NCBI GenBank assembly: GCA_050633305.1
Contig: JBOEGF010000043.1
Coordinates: 64,001 to 128,000 of the forward strand
Origin: Nannocystales bacterium
GTDB lineage: Bacteria; Myxococcota_A; Polyangia; Nannocystales; Nannocystaceae
DNA length: 64,000 bases
Direction of reading: 5' to 3'
Shown here: one piece after another, positions 1 to 10,102 of the stretch
How the letters are laid out: each line of letters begins with the position of its first letter
Numbering within the stretch: position 1 is the stretch's first letter
Made by a program: the position numbers and the translations under genes
Notes under the pieces: model-generated
Database searches by the model: none
Seen by the model: only the letters and a program-made list of their open reading frames with translations
What the model was told of the DNA's origin: nothing

Positions 1-156
1 GTGATCGCGATGGCCGAGGAGGCTTTTGGGTTGCTCGAGACCGGCTTCGGCGGTCGTCTTTGACGCCCTGCCGCTTTCGCAACGCGTTGGCCCTGCGGTT
101 GTTGTTCGCGTCGGCTGAAAGTTTTGTGATGTGTCGCGCGTAGGCGATCAAGTGGC

Positions 157-1773
157 ATGGCGGACACCGGCGAACGCGATCTAAAGGCCTCCGGCCGGAT
201 CAGCGTGGCGATCTTTGGCTCGCGCCTGCTTGGACTCGCCCGAGAGATGGTGTTCGCCGCGCTGTTTGGCGCCGGCGCGGTTGCCGACGCGTTTCTCGTT
301 GCGTTCCGGATCCCCAACCTGTTGCGGGACCTTCTCGCCGAGGGGGCGCTCAGTGCCGCCTTCGTTCCCACGTTCACCGCGACTCTCAAGCAGGACGGAG
401 AGGAGGCCGCCGCACGACTCGGAAACCTGATGTTCGGGGGGATGCTGGTGCTCACCGGTGCTCTCACGGGACTCGCGCTGGTGTTCGCAGAGCCGCTTGT
501 CGGGTTCATCTCGGGTTTTCCCGATCCGAGCAAGGTCGAGTTGGCGGCCACGTTGACCCGGATCATGCTGCCGCTGCTGTGCACGGTGTCGCTCGCCGCA
601 GTGTGGATGGGCATGCTCAATGCGCAGCGCCGCTTCGTCGTGCCCGCCCTCGCGCCCGCGATGTTCAACCTCGTCTCGCTCAGCGCGGGCGCCGGGGTGT
701 GGATGCTCGGCGCCGACATTCGCGCGGGCGTGATGGTTTGGTCGGGGGGTACGATGCTCGCTGGCCTGACCCAAGCGGGCATGCAGCTCGTCGCGCTGTG
801 GCGCCTGGGACAGAGGCCGACCCCGACGCTGCGTGGGATCACGTCCAACGCTGGGGTTCGCCGCGTCGTGCGATTGATGGGCCCGGCCGTGGTCGGCGTG
901 GCTGCGGTTCAGATCAACGTCATCATCAACACAAAGTTCAGCGGGTTGCTCGGTGATGGCCCCGTCGCGCTGCTGTCGTATGCGTTTCGCCTGTTCTTCC
1001 TGCCCTTGGGCGTCTTTGGTGTGGCCTTGGCGACCGTCACGACCACCTCGGTCTCCGAAGCGGCGGCCGATGGGGAGAGCTCCGAGATCGCACGGAGGGC
1101 AGGGGACAGCTCCGCGGCGGCGTGGATGCTCGCGGGCGCGAGCGCGGTCGGCTTGTGGGTGCTCGCCGAGCCGGTCTGCTCGCTCGTCTACCAGATGGGG
1201 GAGACCGGGCCGACCGAGGTCGCCGCGATTGCAGCGTGTCTGCAGTCGTACGTGATCGGGCTGGCACCGTACAGCTTGGTGAAAGTCTTGGCGCCGTCGT
1301 TCTACGCGGTCGACAAACCCCGTGTTCCACTGCTGGCCTCGACGACTGGGGTGCTCGTCAACATCGTGTTCAACGCGCTGACGTTTCGCCAGCTGGGAGC
1401 GCCCGGCATCGCGTTGGGCACCGCCTTGGGAGCCACGACGAACGTCATCATCCTGCGGATCGCGTTCCATCGCAGCTTCGGTCCGATGTTCACATCGGGC
1501 GGTGCCCGCAGGGTCGGGGGACTTCTCGTGAGCCTGCTGGTGTTGGGGGCGGCGTCGTTGGGCGGCCGGTGGGCGCTGCTCGAGTTGCAGGCCTGGGTGC
1601 CGTGGGCTGGGCTGGTCGGCAAGGCTGCACTGGGTACAGCGTTGGTCGTGGTGATCGGGGTCGCGTTCTTGGCCTACACGGCCGCCCTTCGGGCGTTTGG
1701 GTACCCCGGAGCGGAGATGCTGTGGCGGTTGCCGGCCGGGCTGTGGCGGCGTATCGCCAGACGTCGAGCGTAG
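157..1773 (+). CDS. murJ: Lipid II flippase MurJ (MviN)
   Basis: SRLLGLARE, ADAFLVAFRIPNLLRDLLAEGALSAAFVP and YAFRLFFLPLGVFG motifs; polytopic hydrophobic protein. Confidence 0.96.
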   Translation: MADTGERDLKASGRISVAIFGSRLLGLAREMVFAALFGAGAVADAFLVAFRIPNLLRDLLAEGALSAAFVPTFTATLKQDGEEAAARLGNLMFGGMLVLTGALTGLALVFAEPLVGFISGFPDPSKVELAATLTRIMLPLLCTVSLAAVWMGMLNAQRRFVVPALAPAMFNLVSLSAGAGVWMLGADIRAGVMVWSGGTMLAGLTQAGMQLVALWRLGQRPTPTLRGITSNAGVRRVVRLMGPAVVGVAAVQINVIINTKFSGLLGDGPVALLSYAFRLFFLPLGVFGVALATVTTTSVSEAAADGESSEIARRAGDSSAAAWMLAGASAVGLWVLAEPVCSLVYQMGETGPTEVAAIAACLQSYVIGLAPYSLVKVLAPSFYAVDKPRVPLLASTTGVLVNIVFNALTFRQLGAPGIALGTALGATTNVIILRIAFHRSFGPMFTSGGARRVGGLLVSLLVLGAASLGGRWALLELQAWVPWAGLVGKAALGTALVVVIGVAFLAYTAALRAFGYPGAEMLWRLPAGLWRRIARRRA

Positions 1774-2321
1774 GCCTCGTCAGCTGCTTCTCTTCGTCGA
1801 CGGTGAGCAAGTCGAGGCGGAGCTCGTGGAGCGACTCTCCGGCAGCGCCTCCGTCGGCTCCGCCCACGGTGGGCTCGTGCTTTGTCGTCGAGCCGGAGTG
1901 GACCGACGCTGATCTGTTCCCCGGCGGAGACTGTGCGGGTGCACCCATTGATCCTCTGCCGCCGCTCCCGGCTCCACTCGACCCCGTCGAGGGAACGAGC
2001 GGCGGGGTCGGGACGAGCGGGGACGGGTCCAGGGGGGGGGGCGAAACCACGACCGGTGTCGACACCACCAATGGCCTCGGCACGGGGTCTTCGAGCGGCA
2101 CGGCGATGACGCCGTCGTCAACCTCCAGCCCACCGCCCGAGCCATCTGGCGATTCTGGGAGCGGGGACGGGTCCTCACAGACTTCCGGCGCCGCCGACTC
2201 GTCCGGGAATGGTCGCGGGTGCAACGTGACGCGTTCGAGTCCTCCGACCCCCTGGCTCGCCGTGTTCCTGGTCGGGCTCGCCAGGGTCCGACGTCGCAAA
2301 GGCGCGGGCGAGCCTGTGTAG
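1774..2321 (+). pseudogene. Probable 5'-truncated remnant of a surface protein with a MYXO-CTERM-like tail
   Basis: S/T/G-rich linker followed by GCNV...PWLAVFLVGLARVRRRK. No signal peptide or convincing start. An upstream frame carries a LamG-like fragment (LLLFVDGEQV). Confidence 0.5.
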
Positions 2322-2392
2322 ACTCCGCGCCATGCGGGCCGTCGACGTCGGCGGATCGATACACACGGCGGGCTATGCTTCTTGCACTCGCC

Positions 2393-2659
2393 ATGTGCCG
2401 GAACATCAAGACCCTCTTCAACTTCGACCCGCCTGCCACCGACGACGAGATCGAGGCTGCGGCGCTTCAATTCGTGCGGAAGCTGAGCGGCTTCAACAAG
2501 CCGTCGCGGGTCAACGAGGAGGTGTTCCATGCCTCGGTCGCCCGCGTCGCCGCGGTCGCACGCGAGCTCTTGTCCGCACTCGAGACCAAGGCTCCTGCCA
2601 AAGACCGGGAGGTCGAGGCTGCCAAGGCCAAGGAGCGCGCCGCAAAACGCTTCGCCTAG
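2393..2659 (+). CDS. DUF2277 family protein
   Basis: MCRNIKTLFNFDPPATDDEIEAAALQFVRKLSGF signature. Confidence 0.9.
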   Translation: MCRNIKTLFNFDPPATDDEIEAAALQFVRKLSGFNKPSRVNEEVFHASVARVAAVARELLSALETKAPAKDREVEAAKAKERAAKRFA

Positions 2660-2721
2660 CCAGAGCGGGAGTTCGTGGCGCGGCCGGTCGGGCGTGCGCT
2701 CCTCGTCGTATGATCCCCACC

Positions 2722-3018
2722 ATGCAATGCCCCAAGTGCGAGACCTCGATGACCCGGGGCGTGGTCGACACACGGACGAGCGGGCTGACGCACTTTGTCA
2801 CCGGGGACCACGGCTTGGGGTCACGCATGGTCTTCGAGGCCACGGACAGCGGAGAAACGAGCGACATCGGAATGTCGTGCGCTGCGTACCGATGCTCGGA
2901 GTGTCAGTGCCTCGTTGTCCCAGGGCCCGAGTCCGAGGAGTTGTTGCAGTGCTTCGAGTGCGAAGCCGAGATCCCCGCGGATGCCACGGCCTGCCCCAAG
3001 TGTGGCTGGACTTGGTGA
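2722..3018 (+). CDS. Small zinc-ribbon protein
   Basis: Four CxxC pairs (CPKC, CSEC, CFEC, CPKC); AYRC motif. Confidence 0.75.
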   Translation: MQCPKCETSMTRGVVDTRTSGLTHFVTGDHGLGSRMVFEATDSGETSDIGMSCAAYRCSECQCLVVPGPESEELLQCFECEAEIPADATACPKCGWTW

Positions 3019-3089
3019 GGCGTGCCCGGGTCGCGGCTCGAGCCGGTGCGCGCGCATGTCTCCCGACGATCAGCGTATCCTCGGAGCCG

Positions 3090-3671
3090 ATGGGCTCGTT
3101 GCGGATCCTGTTGTTGACGCACGAGCACGAGCTGACCAAGCGGACCAACACCGGTCGCGTGGTGCTCGAGGCACTCGGCAACGTCGCCAGGCGGATCGTC
3201 TGGCAGCGCACGGCGCCCGAGGCTGAGCTACTGCGCGCGATCGAGGCGGGCGGCGCAGCGCTGGTCTGGCCATCGGTTGCGCAAGGTGGCGCTGCGCCGG
3301 TTCGGGAACCGAATACCTTCGTCGTGATCGACGGGACCTGGCAGCAGGCCCGAAAAATGTACAATCGAAGCCCCTACCTACACGGGCTGCCGACCGTTGC
3401 ACTGCAGCCAACCGAGCCCTCGATCTACACACTCCGCCGCAACCAGGTCAGTGGCGGCCTGTGTACGGCTGAAGCGGTGGCGTGCCTTCTGGAGCGCCCC
3501 GAGCTGGCCCGGCACGGTGGGGCCCCATTCGCGCGCGCCATCACGGCGCATCTCCGCTCGTTTATCGCGGACGCCGGCGACATCGCGAGGCGGCACCGAA
3601 CCGTGTCGACGCCTCTCGCCGAGTCGGGAGGCGGCGAGGCATCCTCAGGGTCGACGTGTTGCAGCGAGTGA
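3090..3671 (+). CDS. DTW-domain tRNA-uridine aminocarboxypropyltransferase (TapT-like)
   Basis: LLTHEHE...TNTG, VIDGTWQQARKM and LCTAEA motifs. Confidence 0.88.
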   Translation: MGSLRILLLTHEHELTKRTNTGRVVLEALGNVARRIVWQRTAPEAELLRAIEAGGAALVWPSVAQGGAAPVREPNTFVVIDGTWQQARKMYNRSPYLHGLPTVALQPTEPSIYTLRRNQVSGGLCTAEAVACLLERPELARHGGAPFARAITAHLRSFIADAGDIARRHRTVSTPLAESGGGEASSGSTCCSE

Positions 3672-3851
3672 GCAGGGCGTGGGAGTCGGGTCGGGGTCCC
3701 ACGGAATCGGAACGCATGCCCGGGGGAGGGGCGCGACCCCTGGGGCCAGGCGCTGCCGATCGTGTCATGGCCTCTACGTTGAGCGCAGCTGTGTGCGGCC
3801 AACCTGGCCGATCCATTGACACGGGCGCCTCATCGCGACGACCGTGGGCTC

Positions 3852-4481
3852 ATGGTGACCGGTCTGCGTGTCATGAGCGTCCTGGGTCTGTCGTTGAGCC
3901 TGTTCGTAGGGGGGTGCGATGACGACCCCCAGGATGGGGGCGGGGATGACGGTACGACGGGGGCGGAGCAGACGGGCCCCAGTCCTACAGCAGGCGCTGA
4001 CGGGGGAGGCCCCGGGAGCGGCTCTGGGAGTACGGGGGGCGCGGCCGAGAGCGGCAGTGAAACGGGCGCTGAGTCGGCGAGCATGGGCGAGACCGGGGCG
4101 GCCGAGACGTCCGGGGACGGCGGTACGACGGGCGAAGGCGAGACGGGGGCTGCCGAGGGAAGCACGGGTGGGGAAGTGGCCTTCGACGAAGAGTTCATCT
4201 GGGTGGCCGACTTCATGCTCGCCAACTGTGTGGCGTGCCACGCCACGGATGCCAACGGGATGCTGCTCCTGCCCGACGCGACGCTGGGCTACGAAGATGT
4301 CCGGCTGGCCCTCGACGGGGTCACTGCGAACACGGGACTCTTGCTCGTCGAACCTCTCGACCGCAACGCCAGCCAGACGTACCTACAGATCACCAACGAG
4401 TTCGGCGCCCAGTTCCCGGTCGAGGACACCGACCGGTTTGGTGCATGGATCGACGCCGGCGCGCCATACTACGCCGAGTAG
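3852..4481 (+). CDS. Lipoprotein with a single CxxCH (c-type cytochrome-like domain)
   Basis: Lipobox VGGC, G/S/T/E tether, NCVACHA, C-terminal WIDAGA. Confidence 0.7.
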   Translation: MVTGLRVMSVLGLSLSLFVGGCDDDPQDGGGDDGTTGAEQTGPSPTAGADGGGPGSGSGSTGGAAESGSETGAESASMGETGAAETSGDGGTTGEGETGAAEGSTGGEVAFDEEFIWVADFMLANCVACHATDANGMLLLPDATLGYEDVRLALDGVTANTGLLLVEPLDRNASQTYLQITNEFGAQFPVEDTDRFGAWIDAGAPYYAE

Positions 4482-4574
4482 CACCTCTACCGATTCGGCC
4501 GTGGGGGTCCTCGTTGGTCCCCGACAACAGCCACGCACGCGTGGTCCATCCAGGGTGCCTATCGCGGTGGGCCG

Positions 4575-5291
4575 TTGGGGACTTACCATCGCAGCTCCGT
4601 GGCAGACGCGCTCCACAAGCAGGTTGGCTGGTACACGGCCGAGATCGACTTCAAGGGATCGGTGTTCGTCGACGGCGGGGCCAACGAGGGCGCGCTCCTG
4701 CATGCCCTATGGGACGCGGTCGGCGGAGGCTTCGAGGTCCACGCGGTCGAGCCGTTGGACGAGAACCTGGACAAGCTTCGGGCGCGGATGCCCGAGGGGG
4801 CAGGGTGGAACGTGCACTCGGCTGTGCTCACGGACCGTGACGAGCTGCGTTCGGTTCGGGTCGAAGAGGATGGCCTCAGTGGACACAACTGTGTCGTGCG
4901 TAGCGCAGGAGGCGATCGGGACGTTCCGGGGCGTCGTTTGTCCACGTTGGTACCCCACGCCACCGTCGTGAAGCTCGACGTCGAGGGACACGAGTACACG
5001 ATCCTCGATGAGGCCTTGGACGCCATGCCTGACGTGCGTGCGTGGGCGATCGAGTTTCATCGGTCTCAAGGGCGACCGCTGCAGGCGGCGCTCGGCGCCT
5101 TGGCGCAGCGAGGGTACGCGCTGCATGCTGCAGGCCGGCGCGCGGACGACCCCGCAGGCCCATGGATCTCCGCAGAAGTGCCCCCGTCGCTTCACTGGGG
5201 ACAGATTCCAGTTGCTCGCCGGAACGCGGACGGGTCCGTATTCAAGATGGTCCACATCATCGCGCGCCGCGAAGCCACATCGGTCGGGTAA
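4575..5291 (+). CDS. FkbM-family methyltransferase
   Basis: FVDGGANEG, VHAVEP, VKLDVEGHE and IEFH motifs; TTG start uncertain. Confidence 0.85.
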   Translation: MGTYHRSSVADALHKQVGWYTAEIDFKGSVFVDGGANEGALLHALWDAVGGGFEVHAVEPLDENLDKLRARMPEGAGWNVHSAVLTDRDELRSVRVEEDGLSGHNCVVRSAGGDRDVPGRRLSTLVPHATVVKLDVEGHEYTILDEALDAMPDVRAWAIEFHRSQGRPLQAALGALAQRGYALHAAGRRADDPAGPWISAEVPPSLHWGQIPVARRNADGSVFKMVHIIARREATSVG

Positions 5292-5300
5292 GCTCGCCTC

Positions 5301-6527
5301 GTGACGCCGCACAGAGTCGGGTTGCTTCTGAGCGCGTGTGCCTTGGGAGGGTGCGCGCAGTCCTACTTTGCGAGCAGCGGCACCGATGGCGAGACCGAGA
5401 CCGAGTCAGGCTCGACCCGAGGGCCCGGTTCGGGGGGGGAAGGCCCGGTGGGCACGGAGTCCTCGGGCGAACCAGGCACCGAGACGACGTCCGTGACCCA
5501 GGGGGCGGGGACGTCGGAGTCGTCGGGCACGACCGGGGGGACCACCGCCGCGGTGTGTGGCGAGGGGGTCGACATCTACGAGGACGACTCGATGGCGGTT
5601 TGCCAACCCGCGGACACGACGACCGAGCGTATTGTGCAGTGTCTGTGCGCGTACGATCCTCCGCTGCTCGAGGAAGCCGGACGGCCCTCCGAGGCCACCG
5701 ACCTGCTCTACTACACCAACCGCTGGTACTCGATCGATCCGTGCTTCCCATTCACGCCGCCCTCGGCGTTGTTGGCCGATGTTCGCGAGACCTACATCAA
5801 TGCGGTCGACGACCTCGAGCCGGAGATGCTGCAGCAGTGCGGCGACTACGAGATCGAGATGGTCCAGCTCCCTCCAGCATTCACAAACGACAGCGACCAG
5901 CTGCTCTCCCATGCGTGGACCAGCCCCGCTCCGGCCGACTACCCCACGACGCTCGACGGGGACCCCGTGGGCCTCGAGGGGCAGGTCGGGTTCGCACCCA
6001 TGTTCGCCGCCGCAGCCGAGGACGGCATCGGGCTGTTTGTGCAGAGCGGGTTCCGCTCGATGGAGACCCAGGCCGACCTGTTCGAGTACTACGCGGGTGT
6101 CGAGGGCGACCCTTCCCTGGCAGCGGTGTATTCGGCTTGGCCCGCCCATTCTGAGCACCAACTCGGGACCACGGCGGATGTTGGGTACTTGGTCGATGGC
6201 GAGATGGTGAGCCCCTTCGATCCGCTGGAGTCCGACCTTCACGCGTCGGAGGCCTTCCTGTGGATTCGCGCCAACGCCCACCGCTTTGGAATCGTGACGA
6301 CCTACCAGCCCAGGCGTGTGCATGTGCATCAGTACAAGCCGGAGCCTTGGCACCTGAGGTTCGTCGGTGTCGAGGCGGCCGACCTGATGATCAGCTGTGG
6401 CTTGTCCACCGAGGAACTGCTGGCCTACCGCTACCGCATCGACCCGCTCCCAGAGTTCATGCACATGGACCTGGTGTACGACGCGGTCCTCGAGGGGGGC
6501 TGGGAGCCTGAGACCTGCGCGGACTGA
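5301..6527 (+). CDS. Lipoprotein D-alanyl-D-alanine carboxypeptidase (VanY/M15B-like)
   Basis: Lipobox LGGC; SGFRS, SEHQLGTTADV and EPWHLRFVG motifs. Confidence 0.9.
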   Translation: MTPHRVGLLLSACALGGCAQSYFASSGTDGETETESGSTRGPGSGGEGPVGTESSGEPGTETTSVTQGAGTSESSGTTGGTTAAVCGEGVDIYEDDSMAVCQPADTTTERIVQCLCAYDPPLLEEAGRPSEATDLLYYTNRWYSIDPCFPFTPPSALLADVRETYINAVDDLEPEMLQQCGDYEIEMVQLPPAFTNDSDQLLSHAWTSPAPADYPTTLDGDPVGLEGQVGFAPMFAAAAEDGIGLFVQSGFRSMETQADLFEYYAGVEGDPSLAAVYSAWPAHSEHQLGTTADVGYLVDGEMVSPFDPLESDLHASEAFLWIRANAHRFGIVTTYQPRRVHVHQYKPEPWHLRFVGVEAADLMISCGLSTEELLAYRYRIDPLPEFMHMDLVYDAVLEGGWEPETCAD

Positions 6528-6552
6528 TCGCCTCGTACACAACCACGATCAG

Positions 6553-6579
6553 GCCCCGCTGCCCAAAGGACGGCGGGGC
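6553..6579. terminator. Hairpin between convergent genes
   Basis: gccccgctg...cggcggggc stem; no strong U-tract. Confidence 0.4.
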
Positions 6580-6599
6580 TTGGTCCACTCGAGCGGCGG

Positions 6600-8393
6600 C
6601 TACCGCTCGCAGATGAGGTGGTCTTCGGGATTGCGGCGGAAGTCGTCGCTGTTGGCGGCTGGGCAGTTCGCCAGGATCAGAGACTTGAGCTGTCGGACCT
6701 CCTCGTGGTCCAGGGCCATGGAGTCGAAGACCAGCGGGATGATGTCATCGCTCGCGATCTCGTCGCGCACATCGGAGAGCAGGTCTTGTGCTCGGCCGGT
6801 CTCCCACATCGTCTCGAAGTTGCCCTCGTAGGAGGCCACGAGGTCGGTGTACGCGTCACCGCGGAACACGAGCATGTTCTCGAACGTGTTGTGTTCGGCG
6901 TTGTCGGAGAGGTTGTAGCTCCCCGTCCACAGCTCATCGCCGTCGATCAGAATGTACTTTTGGTGCATCTGAGCGGCGTAGGTGTAGTGCCAACGATACG
7001 AGTACCACTTGTACCGGACGTCCACGCCAGCCTCGCCGAGCTGGTAGCCAAACCGGAATCCCTTGTCCATGCAGTTCCGGGTCTGAATGTCGGTGTTCGC
7101 CTCATCGAGGCACTCCTGCAGATCCTCGAGTTGCAGGCTGTGGCTGTAGCTGGAGATGTACTCCTGCGCGTCGAGGTAGACGCGAATCTCCAGGTCTGGG
7201 TCGGCGGCGCGCTTGGCCAGGATCGCCTCTGAGATGCCGCGGTGGCGTAGGTGGCCCGAAGCGACGTGGATCGAGTCTGTCGCGTCCGCGATCGCAGCAA
7301 TGAGCGCGTCGGAGACCTCGTTTCCACGGTTCTTGCGGAAAGTATCTCCCCCGACGGACACATCGAAGTTCTCCGATGTGAAGTACGCGTGGCTGTCGGG
7401 ACCGTCGGCGATGTCGGCCTCCGAGATGCTGGCCTCGGAGAGTGTCCATGCCAGGTCTGGGTTGATGTCCAACGCGCGGCTGTGGGCCCACAGGTGGTTG
7501 AACTCCTGCTGCATACGGAGCGCGAGCTCTTCGTGTCCTTGGAGGAACAAGGTGTTCTCGTCGTAGCGAGTCCCGGCGCTGTTGGACCAGTTTGCGCTGC
7601 CCGATGCGATCGTCGCGGTCTGAGCGAGCTCGAGGTCGGCGCGGGGTCCGTCGATGATCATGAACTTGTGGTGCATGATCTTGTTCACCCAGCGGACGTC
7701 GATGCCCGCTTGCTCGAGTTGCCCGGAGCGCGAGTTGAGCAGGGCGTCTCCCTCGAGACGGCGGTCGTCGTAGGCCGTCTCGTAGAGGAAGCGAATCTCG
7801 ACACCGCGCTGTGATGCGTCCTCCAGGGCGGCGCGGACCGTGCCGTTGGAGTAGCTGTACATCGCGATGTCGATCGTCTCCTGGGCCTGGTCGATCAGGT
7901 CGGCGACGCGCTGGTTGTGGGTCGAGGGGCTCGGTTGGGGCGAGAAGATGACGTCGGTCATCGGCTCGCTGTCGTCGGTGACGAGGTCGAGGTAGCCTTG
8001 GGCGACCGCGTAGTCGATGAGGCGGCCGAAGGCTCGTGGCCCGACGTAGCCGATGTCGTCCAACTCCGGGATGGAGTCGATGGAGTCGTCGTCATCCGTG
8101 CCCACGATTCCGTCAGCCCCATCGCGGTGCGCGATGATGTTGCGGGCGGCGCGAGCATCGAGGCGAGCGTCGTGGTCGAGCTCGTCCAGGTCGACCGCCG
8201 GGTCGTTGACCAACAGGAGGACCGCTTGGGCTTCGTCGGAGTCTGGGTCGATCGCGCCGTCGGCCTTGCCGATTGCGATCGAGTCCCACTCGCCATCGCT
8301 CGGGTCGGTGGCGGGGGGTTCGCCACAAGCAGACAGCGCAAGCAGGAGCGATGCAGTGAGCGTGTGTCGAGCGACCCGGTCCATACCAGACAC
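6600..8393 (-). CDS. Lipoprotein of the phospholipase D superfamily (two HKD motifs) with an N-terminal helix-hairpin-helix-like region; possible nuclease
   Basis: Lipobox LSAC, GKADG; ARNIIAHR...ELDDIGYVGP; MHHKFMIIDG...GSANW and MHQKYILIDG...GSYN. Confidence 0.85.
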   Translation of the reverse strand: MSGMDRVARHTLTASLLLALSACGEPPATDPSDGEWDSIAIGKADGAIDPDSDEAQAVLLLVNDPAVDLDELDHDARLDARAARNIIAHRDGADGIVGTDDDDSIDSIPELDDIGYVGPRAFGRLIDYAVAQGYLDLVTDDSEPMTDVIFSPQPSPSTHNQRVADLIDQAQETIDIAMYSYSNGTVRAALEDASQRGVEIRFLYETAYDDRRLEGDALLNSRSGQLEQAGIDVRWVNKIMHHKFMIIDGPRADLELAQTATIASGSANWSNSAGTRYDENTLFLQGHEELALRMQQEFNHLWAHSRALDINPDLAWTLSEASISEADIADGPDSHAYFTSENFDVSVGGDTFRKNRGNEVSDALIAAIADATDSIHVASGHLRHRGISEAILAKRAADPDLEIRVYLDAQEYISSYSHSLQLEDLQECLDEANTDIQTRNCMDKGFRFGYQLGEAGVDVRYKWYSYRWHYTYAAQMHQKYILIDGDELWTGSYNLSDNAEHNTFENMLVFRGDAYTDLVASYEGNFETMWETGRAQDLLSDVRDEIASDDIIPLVFDSMALDHEEVRQLKSLILANCPAANSDDFRRNPEDHLICER

Positions 8394-8662
8394 GTGAGCA
8401 ATTGTAGTGCCATGTAGGCGAATCGACGCTGGGTCTTCATAGTCTTGGAATTTCCCACGGTTCTTGGGAGCGCTATGTGCGCCGTGGAGGCGTCGCGCTG
8501 GCTAGTCCAGTGGCCAGACGGATCCTGTAGCCACCGGGGACACGTCCATGGGGGCCGCTGTCCCGTGTGCGCTGGCTCGCACGAGTGTCGGGGCCGAACC
8601 GAAGCGCGCAGTCGTGTCGGCGTGTCGGAGTGTGGATGTCGCGCTGCTACCCTCCGCCTCCG

Positions 8663-10102
8663 ATGAAGCGGGCGCTGGTTCTTCTCTTCGCGCTGACGGC
8701 CGCATGCGATCGCGGTTCACCGGAACAACCGGCGCCCGCCGGGACCGACTGCGACTTGCCCGGCGGGGTCGCTGCCACCTGTTCGAGCATCGAGGTGCCC
8801 GAGAACCCCGACGCGCCGCAGCTGCGGACGCTGTCGCTCTCCGTGGCGGTCGTACCCGCCCGCGAGCCCGAGGGGCGTCCCCCCGTGGTGCTGATCGCTG
8901 GAGGCCCTGGCCAGGGCGCGCAGTCATCGTATGGCGCTGCGCTGCGGGCCTTCGACACGATCCGCGACCATCACGACCTGGTCTTGTTGGATCAGCGCGG
9001 CACCGGAGGCTCTCACCCGCTGGTCTGCGAAAACACGCAGGTTCTCGACTTGAAGCAGGCCGTCTCGCTTGAGATCGATGGGCCGAGGCTGCAGGCGTGC
9101 CGAGATGGTCAAGATGCCGACCTGACGCAATACACGACGGCACGCGCCATCGATGACCTCGCCCATGTTCTCAAGACGCTCGGCTACGAGAAGAGCCACT
9201 TGGTCGGGGGGAGCTACGGCACTCGGGTGGCGTTGGCGTTTGCGCGGGCGTACCCGGAGCAGACCGCGTCGATCGTCATCGACGGCGTGGCCCCGCCCGA
9301 CTTCGCGATGCCGCTGTCCTTCGCCAGGGATGCTGAGGCGGCATTGGACGCGATGGTGCGTGACTGTGCCGCCCATGCGGCGTGCGACGCATCGTTCCCG
9401 ACCCTGAAGGCAGACCTCCGAGCGCTCGCGACACGTCCTGCGTCCGAGGTGACCGTCGTCCACCCGAGGACCGGCGCGCCGGAGACGCTCGAACTCAGCG
9501 GTCGGGCACTCGCGGGCGGAATGCGAAGCATGCTGTACGCGCCCGAACTCTCCGCGTTGCTCCCCTTGTCGGTCGCGTCTGCATCCCAGGGCGACTTTGG
9601 CCCGATGGTGGCCCAAGCAGCGCTGCTCGGGGACGGCATGGGTGGAAGCTTGGCCGAGGGCATGTTCCTCAGCGTGATCTGTAGCGAAGACGTTCCGTAC
9701 ATCACGGAGGCTGCGGCCGCCGAGGAGACCGCGGGCACGCTGATGGGCACCATGTTCATCGACCACCTGCGCGCCTCCTGCGAGCACTGGGTCCGCGCAC
9801 CCATCCCAGACGGGTTCCGAGATCCGGTGACCAGCGATGTCCCCGCCTTGGTGCTCTCCGGGGAGGTGGATCCGGTCACGCCCCCTCGATGGGGAGAACA
9901 CGCCCTGGAGACGCTGCCGAACGGTCGCCACGTCGTGGTCCCCGGAGCTGGCCACGGCATTGTGATGCTTCCGTGTGCTGACGGCGTGCTGGCGGACTTC
10001 TTTGAGCACGGTGACGCCAAAGCCGTGGACGCGAGCTGTCTGGAGTCGCGCCGACGGGCGCCGTTCTTCATCGACTTTGCAGGACCACAGGTGAACCCAT
10101 GA
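8663..10102 (+). CDS. Lipoprotein alpha/beta hydrolase (TAP-like peptidase)
   Basis: Lipobox TAAC; GGPG, DQRGTG, GGSYGT, DPVTP and GAGH motifs. Confidence 0.9.
   Translation: MKRALVLLFALTAACDRGSPEQPAPAGTDCDLPGGVAATCSSIEVPENPDAPQLRTLSLSVAVVPAREPEGRPPVVLIAGGPGQGAQSSYGAALRAFDTIRDHHDLVLLDQRGTGGSHPLVCENTQVLDLKQAVSLEIDGPRLQACRDGQDADLTQYTTARAIDDLAHVLKTLGYEKSHLVGGSYGTRVALAFARAYPEQTASIVIDGVAPPDFAMPLSFARDAEAALDAMVRDCAAHAACDASFPTLKADLRALATRPASEVTVVHPRTGAPETLELSGRALAGGMRSMLYAPELSALLPLSVASASQGDFGPMVAQAALLGDGMGGSLAEGMFLSVICSEDVPYITEAAAAEETAGTLMGTMFIDHLRASCEHWVRAPIPDGFRDPVTSDVPALVLSGEVDPVTPPRWGEHALETLPNGRHVVVPGAGHGIVMLPCADGVLADFFEHGDAKAVDASCLESRRRAPFFIDFAGPQVNP

Noticed and set aside
1..156. Possible rpsT or other gene upstream of murJ
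   Set aside because: No recognisable coding signal in the visible bases.
5301..6527. Vancomycin-resistance cluster (VanY-like here, VanW-like at 51502)
   Set aside because: The two genes are about 45 kb apart and no vanH/A/X/R/S is in the window.
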